Assembly (NCBI GenBank): GCA_049699855.1
Contig: JBNAWM010000002.1
Location: forward strand, 1 to 21,709
Reading direction: 5' to 3'
DNA: 21,709 nt
Source of the DNA: Candidatus Cryosericum sp.
Lineage (GTDB): Bacteria; Caldisericota; Caldisericia; Cryosericales; Cryosericaceae
In this document: in pieces, positions 1 to 6,997 of the stretch
Position numbering within the stretch: the stretch's first letter is position 1
Layout of the letters: each line of letters opens with the position of its first letter
The notes under the pieces: generated by a model
Told to the model about the DNA's origin: nothing
The model's input: the letters and a program-made list of their open reading frames with translations, nothing else
Databases searched by the model: none
Position numbers and translations under genes: made by a program

Positions 1-153
1 AAGGCGGAGGAGATGACGATCAAGCTTTACAAGGAGATCATCACGCTGGCTTTGAAAGAAGGAGATCCAACAACGGCACACATTTTCACAGAAATCCTTG
101 AAGATGAGGAAGAGCACCACGACACATTCCAGGGGCTGACCGAAGAAGTCTGA
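1..153 (+). CDS. Ferritin/bacterioferritin/Dps-like protein, C-terminal part (5' end outside window)
   Basis: Not in the ORF track. Frame 1 reads KAEEMTIKLYKEIITLALKEGDPTTAHIFTEILEDEEEHHDTFQGLTEEV*, with TGA at 151-153. The AE..I..Y, GDxTT and E-x-x-H (EEEH) motifs match the last helices of ferritin-like di-iron bundles. Confidence 0.85.
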   Translation, partial: KAEEMTIKLYKEIITLALKEGDPTTAHIFTEILEDEEEHHDTFQGLTEEV

Positions 154-179
154 CAGTCTCTTTCTCGGAAGCGAATGGT

Positions 180-205
180 GGCGCCGGGCGTTCCGGCGCC
201 TTTTT
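180..205 (+). terminator. Rho-independent terminator after the ferritin-like gene
   Basis: Stem GGCGCCGG (180-187)/CCGGCGCC (193-200), followed by TTTTT (201-205). Confidence 0.85.
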
Positions 206-328
206 CATATCCACCCTGGGAGTGGAAGGGTGTCAAAAGCGCCTTCTGAAACGAGAAAACACCTTTCCGGATGAGAGCTCCACCTGATTGAAGAGCTGTG
301 TCCGGCGGACGAGCAGGAGTTGGGGGTA

Positions 329-356
329 TTGACAGAAAAATAGATCCAACAATACT
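329..356 (+). promoter_or_regulatory. Putative sigma70 promoter of the fabH-like operon
   Basis: Perfect TTGACA at 329-334, 16-nt spacer and AATACT at 351-356, about 60 nt upstream of the first start codon. Confidence 0.55.
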
Positions 357-389
357 GACAGAAGTGAGAGATGATTCATGTTTGCCAGT
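354..389. promoter_or_regulatory. Candidate operator (extended imperfect palindrome), probably for the operon-encoded TetR
   Basis: Outer arms ACTGACA (354-360)/TGCCAGT (383-389) and inner TGA (365-367)/TCA (376-378) share one dyad centre (371/372). The element overlaps the -10 and the expected transcription start. Confidence 0.45.
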
Positions 390-418
390 TTGGTATCTTT
401 GTTGCAATGGGGGAAGGA

Positions 419-1393
419 ATGTCAAAGATTACAGGGATGGGATTTGAGGTTCCAGAGAGGGTTTTAACAAATGCGTACTTCAGTGGTTATTTCAAGGAAG
501 ACCTGAACGGGTTTCTTGAGGGGATAGTCGGCCAGCGCGAGCGCCATTGGCTTGGCGATAACGAATCGGTCATCGATCTCTGCATTCCAGCAGCACAAGA
601 GGCCATGCAGGAGGCGGGCATTACGGCCGCAGACCTTTCAATGGTCGTTGTCTCATCTGACACCCACGAGTACATTTCGCCACCGACGTCGGTTGTTGTG
701 CAGGGCAAGCTGGGGGCGGCCAATGCCATGATCTTCGACCTTTCTGCATCGTGCGCATCCTTTGTCACTGCGCTTGCGGTCGTGGATTCATGGTTCAAGA
801 CTCACCCAGAGTTCAGGTACGCTTTGCTGATTGGCGAATACGGCATGACGAAGTATTTGGACAAGGACGACAAGTATACCGTTTCGCTCTTTGCTGATGG
901 AGCGGCGGCATTCATCCTTGAGAATACGGGTGACAGCATCATCGCATCCAAATTCATTGCGGACGGAAGCTATCACGATTACCTCGGCGTGTTTGGCGGG
1001 GGAACCAAGTATCCCATCAACGACGAGACGCTTGCAAAGGGACTGCACAGACTGCGCATTCTCAAGAAGTACGATCAGAATCCGAATCTGGTCGCGTGGC
1101 CCGGTCTGGTGAAGAGTTTGATGCAGGATGCGGGACAACCGCTTGAGGCAATTGACCTGATTTTGTTCACACAGATCAATCTAGCGGTCATCAAACAAGT
1201 GCTCGGAATTCTTGGCATTCCGGAGTCGAAGTCGCATTGGATCATGGACCGGTACGGCTACACTGGCTCTGCATGCATCCCGATGGCTCTCTATGATGCG
1301 CGCAGACAGAACAAGGTCAAGACGGGAGATCTGGTTGTACTTGTGGCATCCGGAGCGGGGCAGGCAATGGGTGCCATTGCCCTTCGTTTCTAG
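419..1393 (+). CDS. FabH/KAS III-fold enzyme 1 with non-canonical active site (Cys112, Thr251, Tyr281)
   Basis: Start re-set to ATG 419 after GGGGAAGGA. It has the KAS III signatures ITGMG..VPERVLTN, FDLSASCASF and LFADGAAA. FTQIN replaces PHQAN and GYTGSACIP replaces GNTSAASIP. 324 aa. Confidence 0.9.
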   Translation: MSKITGMGFEVPERVLTNAYFSGYFKEDLNGFLEGIVGQRERHWLGDNESVIDLCIPAAQEAMQEAGITAADLSMVVVSSDTHEYISPPTSVVVQGKLGAANAMIFDLSASCASFVTALAVVDSWFKTHPEFRYALLIGEYGMTKYLDKDDKYTVSLFADGAAAFILENTGDSIIASKFIADGSYHDYLGVFGGGTKYPINDETLAKGLHRLRILKKYDQNPNLVAWPGLVKSLMQDAGQPLEAIDLILFTQINLAVIKQVLGILGIPESKSHWIMDRYGYTGSACIPMALYDARRQNKVKTGDLVVLVASGAGQAMGAIALRF

Positions 1394-1415
1394 ACGGCTG
1401 ACTGTGGAGGGGAAC

Positions 1416-2405
1416 ATGAGGACAGTGAGGATTGCTGGAACCGGGCTGTATACACCGGCACATTCAATGCCGACCGAGGAGGTTGGCAAGCTGCTGGGAC
1501 TTGATCTCACACAGCAAATACAGGCGGGGGGTATCAAAGTCAAGAAGATCCTTGCAGACGATGAAGAAGCGTCAGACATGGCTGTTTACGCGGGGATGCA
1601 GGCTCTCAAGAACGCTGGGGTCAAACCCTCCGAGCTGGATCTGATCATCGTCAGCACAGACACGCCTGACTACATTTCACCTTGCACTGCCTCGATCGTG
1701 CAGCACCGCCTTCTGGCCAAGAATGCCGGGATCTTTGACACGAATGTCGCCTGCGCCGGCTGGGTTACTGCTTTGAACACTGCGACAAAGTATATCATGG
1801 CGGATCAGCACTATCATAAGGCGCTGGTCATCGGAACCTATGCAATGACAAGGTTCCTCAATTGGCATGACAAGGTGACTGCTCCAACATTTTCGGATGG
1901 TGCCGGTGCAGCGGTCCTTGTAGAGGATGAATCAGAGACGGGCGGCTACCTTGGATCGATGCTTTATGCCGATGGTTACTACTGGGATTATCTGGGTGTC
2001 TACCTCGGGTCGGCAAAACTGCCGACTGCCGAGTCGATTGCGAATGGCGAGCACAAGGTGCAATACAACCCCAACAAGAGGTTTCCCGATGTGAATTCGG
2101 TGCACTGGCCACGTCTCGTGCGGGAAACGCTTGAACAGGTCAAGTTGACACCTCAGGATGCGGATATGCTCTTGTTCACGCAAGTTCGCAGGAATACGAT
2201 TGAAGGAGTCATGAACACATTGGGTCTGCCAATGTCAAAGACGCACACCGTTATGGATAAATTCGGCTATACGGGCTCGGCGTGCGTGCCAATGGCTCTG
2301 CATGATGCACTTGAGAATGATCTGATTCACAAGGGCGATGTTGTCGTCATGGTAGCCTCTGGAGGCGGTTATGCCATGGCGAGCTATGCGATGCGCTGGT
2401 TGTAG
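1416..2405 (+). CDS. FabH/KAS III-fold enzyme 2 with non-canonical active site (Cys113, Thr255, Tyr285)
   Basis: Start re-set to ATG 1416 after GGAGGGG. Motifs IAGTGLYTP, FDTNVACAGW, FSDGAGA, FTQVR, GYTGSACVP and ASGGG. 329 aa. Confidence 0.9.
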   Translation: MRTVRIAGTGLYTPAHSMPTEEVGKLLGLDLTQQIQAGGIKVKKILADDEEASDMAVYAGMQALKNAGVKPSELDLIIVSTDTPDYISPCTASIVQHRLLAKNAGIFDTNVACAGWVTALNTATKYIMADQHYHKALVIGTYAMTRFLNWHDKVTAPTFSDGAGAAVLVEDESETGGYLGSMLYADGYYWDYLGVYLGSAKLPTAESIANGEHKVQYNPNKRFPDVNSVHWPRLVRETLEQVKLTPQDADMLLFTQVRRNTIEGVMNTLGLPMSKTHTVMDKFGYTGSACVPMALHDALENDLIHKGDVVVMVASGGGYAMASYAMRWL

Positions 2406-2416
2406 GGGAGGCTGAA

Positions 2417-3175
2417 ATGGCGTATGCGTTGTTCGAAGGGAAGCGGGTCTACTCTGAACGATTGGGAAATGGCGACAAGACAGTGATATTCGGTCATGGA
2501 AATCTCTCGTCAGCGAACTCCTGGCGCCTCATGATGCCTTACCTTCCCCTTGACCGGAAGAATGTCTTCGTGGACTTTCCTGGATTTGGCAAGTCAGACA
2601 ACATTCCTCCTGCCACCGTGGAGCATTGTGCTGACGCCCTCATTGCCTGGCAGAAGTATTGGCATTTAGAGCCGGCGGTTTATGTGGGGCACTCGATGGG
2701 TGCCGTGATTGGTCTCATGGCCGCACTGAAGGGAGCCCAGTTCTCCAAGATGATCCTGATTGGCTGCGGTCCGGCGGATGGGTATCCCATGACCGATGAG
2801 ATGAGAGCATCGTTTGAAATGCTCACAAAGAACCCAATGCTGATTGAGGCCATGACTCGCAAGAACAATGAACCATTCGGTTTGGCTGAGGACATTCTGG
2901 CAGAGATCGTGGCGGATGCTGTTCGTTGTATCCCTCAGGGCTACACGGAGATGGCTGATTCACTGGCTGGGGTTCGCATGGCGAATCGGCTGGACAGCCT
3001 TGACATTCCGATTACGTTTCTGCATGGCGACCGGGACACTGTGGTTCCTCTGGACTGGATACGGCCGACGGTGGCTGCAGCCCATGGAAAGCTTGTTGTT
3101 CTTGAGGGCCATGTTCACCTTCCCATGCTGGTCGAGCCAGAGCAGTTTGCTGCCGCGCTTGAAAGGGAGATATAA
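2417..3175 (+). CDS. Alpha/beta-fold serine hydrolase (esterase/lactonase/depolymerase-like)
   Basis: HGN oxyanion motif, DFPGFGKS, nucleophile elbow GHSMG, HGDRD (acid) and GHVH (His). RBS GGGGAGG. No signal peptide. Confidence 0.9.
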   Translation: MAYALFEGKRVYSERLGNGDKTVIFGHGNLSSANSWRLMMPYLPLDRKNVFVDFPGFGKSDNIPPATVEHCADALIAWQKYWHLEPAVYVGHSMGAVIGLMAALKGAQFSKMILIGCGPADGYPMTDEMRASFEMLTKNPMLIEAMTRKNNEPFGLAEDILAEIVADAVRCIPQGYTEMADSLAGVRMANRLDSLDIPITFLHGDRDTVVPLDWIRPTVAAAHGKLVVLEGHVHLPMLVEPEQFAAALEREI

Positions 3176-3181
3176 GGCATC

Positions 3182-4549
3182 ATGAGCCAGCGTCGCGCGG
3201 AGAATCCTGCAGTTCAGTCACAGAAGGCACCCGGTTCCATGGGAAGGTCGACTTCTCAGCGGATCCTTGACTCTGCACTGGACCTGTTCTTCGCGCGCGG
3301 GTATTCGCAGACATCGGTGGCGATGATTGCCCGGGAGGTTGGTATTTCAAACTCCGCCTTTTACAAGCACTTTGCGTCGAAGGAGGAGGTGCTGCTCGGT
3401 GTGCTGAAGACATTTGCCGATGACTTCACCGAAGCACTGGCCCAGGGCATGGAGCAGGCTGCCGGCCTGGAGGGCAAACTCCGCGCCTTCTATTCTACCA
3501 TTCTCGGGGTTGTTGGCCGTGACACCCACTTGTACCGTGTGTTCACCGAGACGGAGTTCAACGGATATGTTTTTGTCCGTGACTTCTATGCTAGGGTCGT
3601 TTCAATTGTTCATAGCCAACTCGAAGGACTGGTGGCTGCTGATCTGGACCTGGACAACGTGGGCTACTACCTTTTGGGATCCGTCTATTTCGTTGCCGTT
3701 AAGAAGACGCTGTGGGAAAACCTGTTTGCGCTCGACGGATTCTGCACGCAGCTGGTGGACTTTGCGTTGCATGGTATCGATGCACCCGGCGATGCCAGAG
3801 AGGACTTGATTCCGATTCCTGTTCCCAGCCTTCCCCTTGAACCCGTCGTGCGACTATCAAAGGGTGAAAGGACCCAGAAGAAGCTGCTTGCGTCCGCAGA
3901 ACGTATCTTCGGGAAGCAGGGCTATTGGAATTCGGATGTCTATAGCATCGCACGCGCTGCAGGAGTGGCACCGGGCACAACATATCTCTATTTTGAATCC
4001 AAGCTGGAACTGCTGTCACGATTGGTTGTCGAAGTGAATGATGGCTTGCGGCGCCATACTGCTCAGGCCGTGCACGGTCTGACGGATCGGCGTCTGATCG
4101 AAGTTGCAGCATTGGAGTCGTTCTGCAACTACATTCGGGAGCACAAGGACGCCTATCGCGTGGTTCGTGAAGCCGAGTTCGTCGACAAGGACCTTGGCCG
4201 ATGGTATTACACGCGACTGTCGGACCCTTATTCTGTTGCACTGGAGCGTGCAATGGTCGCAGGCATTATCCGGCCGGGCAACCCTGAGATCACTGCACTT
4301 GCTCTCATGGGAATTGGTCACTGGCTTGGACTGCGTTGGGTCCTGTGGAGTGACCAACCTGACGCCCGGGTATCGCCGTCGGCGCTGATGACTTCTATCT
4401 GTCTTATGTTGCACGGTCTGCAGGGAGCTGCGTCGAGAGCTGCCTTGAGACCAGGAGATAGCGATCACAAGGAGGTGAGATCAAGGGGCAAGCACAGACA
4501 GTCGCAAACAGCTCGTGGTACCGCCGCAGCAGGAGAACAGAATGGCTGA
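3182..4549 (+). CDS. Tandem (two-domain) TetR/AcrR-family transcriptional regulator
   Basis: Two complete HTH units: ILDSALDLFFARGY..IAREVGIS..FYKHFASKEE and LLASAERIFGKQGY..IARAAGVAPGTTYLYFESKLE. Each is followed by a helical ligand-binding domain, and the two are joined by a Pro-rich linker. Confidence 0.9.
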   Translation: MSQRRAENPAVQSQKAPGSMGRSTSQRILDSALDLFFARGYSQTSVAMIAREVGISNSAFYKHFASKEEVLLGVLKTFADDFTEALAQGMEQAAGLEGKLRAFYSTILGVVGRDTHLYRVFTETEFNGYVFVRDFYARVVSIVHSQLEGLVAADLDLDNVGYYLLGSVYFVAVKKTLWENLFALDGFCTQLVDFALHGIDAPGDAREDLIPIPVPSLPLEPVVRLSKGERTQKKLLASAERIFGKQGYWNSDVYSIARAAGVAPGTTYLYFESKLELLSRLVVEVNDGLRRHTAQAVHGLTDRRLIEVAALESFCNYIREHKDAYRVVREAEFVDKDLGRWYYTRLSDPYSVALERAMVAGIIRPGNPEITALALMGIGHWLGLRWVLWSDQPDARVSPSALMTSICLMLHGLQGAASRAALRPGDSDHKEVRSRGKHRQSQTARGTAAAGEQNG

Positions 4550-4591
4550 ACGTGAAGCGTCCTACTTTGAAAGACCAGGGGAGGTATGGCA

Positions 4592-6169
4592 ATGAAGAAG
4601 GTACTATCGCTTGTATTGGCAGTTGCACTGATCTTTGCTTCGTTTGCTGGCGTACGCTCAGCAAGTGCCCAAACAAAGGATTTCTTTATGGTTCTTCAGG
4701 TTGGCTTCAAGCAATATGCTCTGAATGGACTGCCCCGCACCTCGGATGTCGCTCCCGAAATCGTGGGCGGGCGCACTTTTGTGCCGGTTCGCCTTATCAC
4801 GGAGACGTATGGGGCTACCGTTGACTGGAATCCAGCAGTGCGCACGGTGACCATTAAGCTCGGCGACGTATCGGTCATGCTGACGATAGGCGTGAAGCAG
4901 GCGGCCATCGGCACTGACACGAAAGCCCTTGAGGCGGCTCCGTACATCAAGGATGGCCGTACCATGGTACCTGTGCGTCTCATCAGTGAAGCCTTTGGCC
5001 TGTCCGTTTACTACGATCCGCAGGCAAAGACCATTTCGATCAAATCAGCAACCACTGGTGCTGTTCCAGGTATCACGGGCAATCAGATCCTCATCGGATC
5101 GTTCTCGGTTCAGACTGGACCGTATGCCGTTGTCGGCGTTCCATTCTCACAGGGTATGCAGGCATACTTCGACATGGTCAATGATGCTGGTGGCGTCAAT
5201 GGCCGCAAGATCAAACTTGAGGTCGTGGACGATCAGTTCAACCCAGCCAACACCGTGACGGTGGTTAAGAAGTTCGTGAACGAAGACAAGGTATTTGCCG
5301 TGGTTGGCGGCGTCGGCAGCCCTGGATGTGCTGCTGTTGTGGATTACTTGAATGATCAGAAGGTGCCGTTCATCTACCAGGCGTCTGGGCTGTCTTCGTT
5401 GTCCATTCCGGCAAAGCAGTATGTGTTTGCCGTCCAGCCCAACTACATCAACGAAGGCCAGGTCATAGCCAAGTACGCAGCCAGCAACCTTGGTCTCAAG
5501 AACATCGCCGTTCTGTACAGCGATGACCAGGCAGGAAACGAGTGGCTCAGCGGAACCAAGCAGGGTGCAGCGAAATTCGGCGGCACGGTCGTCCTGGAAT
5601 CTCCATTCCCGGTCACCGAAACCGATTTCACACCGTATCTGCTCAAGATCAAGGCCAGCAATGCTACTGCCCTTGTCATCTATACAAGTTCTGTTGCAAC
5701 GGCGGGCCTTGCCGTCAAGACCGCGAAGTCATTGGGACTTACCCAGAAGATCATCCTTTCGTACGTGGCCGCCAGTATTGCTTCAACTGCTGGAGCAGAT
5801 GCAGCTGAAGGCGTTTATGTACCCGGCTGGGTGGACTTCTCGAATCCCAAGGATCCGGATGTCATCAAGTTCTTCTCGGTTTGGAACAAGTATTTCCCCA
5901 ATGCGAACCAGGCTCTCTATTCCTACGCCTGTGCCGGTTGGGTTGCCGCCGAGGTCTTCACCGAAGCAGTTCGCAGAGCCGGACCTTATCCAACGCGTGA
6001 TGCACTTGTCTGGGCTCTTGAGACGTTCAATGGCTGGTCAGGCGTTTTGGCAAAAGATATCAGCTACAGCCCGACGCAGCATTCTGGAAAGTACTCCCTG
6101 TTCTTCATGCAGGTTCAGAAGGGAGCGCTGGTCAAGGTTAGCGACTGGGTAAGCGTTCTGAAGCCGTAG
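4592..6169 (+). CDS. LivJ/LivK-type ABC substrate-binding protein with signal peptide and N-terminal copper-amine-oxidase-like (stalk) domain
   Basis: Start placed at ATG 4592 because GGGGAGG sits only 1 nt from ATG 4586. Signal peptide MKKVL...ASA|Q, two GRTxVPVRLI repeats of the stalk domain, then PGIT..ILIG..QTGP, GGVNGRKIKLEVVDDQFNP (type I binding fold). Confidence 0.9.
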   Translation: MKKVLSLVLAVALIFASFAGVRSASAQTKDFFMVLQVGFKQYALNGLPRTSDVAPEIVGGRTFVPVRLITETYGATVDWNPAVRTVTIKLGDVSVMLTIGVKQAAIGTDTKALEAAPYIKDGRTMVPVRLISEAFGLSVYYDPQAKTISIKSATTGAVPGITGNQILIGSFSVQTGPYAVVGVPFSQGMQAYFDMVNDAGGVNGRKIKLEVVDDQFNPANTVTVVKKFVNEDKVFAVVGGVGSPGCAAVVDYLNDQKVPFIYQASGLSSLSIPAKQYVFAVQPNYINEGQVIAKYAASNLGLKNIAVLYSDDQAGNEWLSGTKQGAAKFGGTVVLESPFPVTETDFTPYLLKIKASNATALVIYTSSVATAGLAVKTAKSLGLTQKIILSYVAASIASTAGADAAEGVYVPGWVDFSNPKDPDVIKFFSVWNKYFPNANQALYSYACAGWVAAEVFTEAVRRAGPYPTRDALVWALETFNGWSGVLAKDISYSPTQHSGKYSLFFMQVQKGALVKVSDWVSVLKP

Positions 6170-6207
6170 CGCTATTCGAGGAAGGGTCATCATCGACGAT
6201 GACAGTC

Positions 6208-6235
6208 TGCTCCGGGGGCGCCAGCCCCCGGAGCA
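6208..6235 (+). promoter_or_regulatory. Strong intercistronic stem-loop (mRNA stabiliser or attenuator) between the binding-protein and ATPase genes
   Basis: Perfect 12-bp stem TGCTCCGGGGGC (6208-6219)/GCCCCCGGAGCA (6224-6235), loop GCCA, no U-tract. Confidence 0.65.
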
Positions 6236-6250
6236 CAAAGAGGGGATATC

Positions 6251-6997
6251 ATGCTGACAATCAAGAACCTGACTGTACGCTTTGGGGGAGTGGTCGCCGT
6301 CAAATCTCTTGACCTGACGGTGAGCGATGGGGAGATTCACGCTCTGATCGGTCCCAATGGTGCAGGCAAGACAACCGTTTTCAACGCTATCTATCAACTG
6401 GTGCCGTATTCGGGCGATATCCAGTTTTCCGGAAGGGAATTGCGCGGCGTGCCGCGTCATCGCCTTGCGGGAATCGGGGTAACCCGGACGTTTCAGAACC
6501 TGAGCATCTTTCCCAGTATGACAGTACGCGAAAACATCCTTGTGGGACTGCACAGCAAATCCCGAAGTAACCTTCTCAGCGAGCTCCTGGGTATTGCTAG
6601 AGAACCAACGCAGCAGTTGGCGCGCACACTGGATTTCTTCGGCCTGACAGCCATTGCTTCCGCCTATGCGGCTATCCTTCCTTATGGTACCCTCAAGGTG
6701 ATCGAGCTGGCCCGCGCCTTCATCAGCAGCCCTCGTCTGGTACTGCTTGACGAGCCTGCTGCAGGGATTCCAACATCCGAGAAGGGAGCGCTCAAGTCTG
6801 TCATCCGCAAGATGCGCGACGCGGGAACCACCGTGCTTCTGGTTGAGCATGACATGGAACTGGTCATGGATATCTCGGACTCCGTAAGCGTCATGGACTT
6901 CGGGGAGAAGATTGCGGAGGGTACCCCGTCCGAGGTCTCGTCGGATAGGCACGTCATTGAGGCATACCTAGGGGAGGAGACCCATGCTGCGAGTTGA
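6251..6997 (+). CDS. livG: Branched-chain amino acid-type ABC transporter ATPase, LivG-like
   Basis: Walker A GPNGAGKT, RTFQN, LPYG signature, LLDEPAAG, VEHDM, C-terminal VIEAYLG. Confidence 0.92.
   Translation: MLTIKNLTVRFGGVVAVKSLDLTVSDGEIHALIGPNGAGKTTVFNAIYQLVPYSGDIQFSGRELRGVPRHRLAGIGVTRTFQNLSIFPSMTVRENILVGLHSKSRSNLLSELLGIAREPTQQLARTLDFFGLTAIASAYAAILPYGTLKVIELARAFISSPRLVLLDEPAAGIPTSEKGALKSVIRKMRDAGTTVLLVEHDMELVMDISDSVSVMDFGEKIAEGTPSEVSSDRHVIEAYLGEETHAAS

Noticed and set aside
267..315. Hammerhead-like words (CTGATTGA, GGACGAG)
   Set aside because: They do not match the CUGANGA/GAAA core, and the required three-stem arrangement is absent.
1212..1415. N-terminal extension of FabH-like protein 2 (and similarly 371-418, 17059-17103 and 18462-18662 for other genes)
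   Set aside because: Longest-ORF artefacts. RBS position and family N-termini support the later starts.
6038..6952. 304-aa antisense ORF opposite livG and other long shadow ORFs
   Set aside because: They are antisense or off-frame to well-supported genes and carry no motifs, as expected in GC-rich coding DNA.
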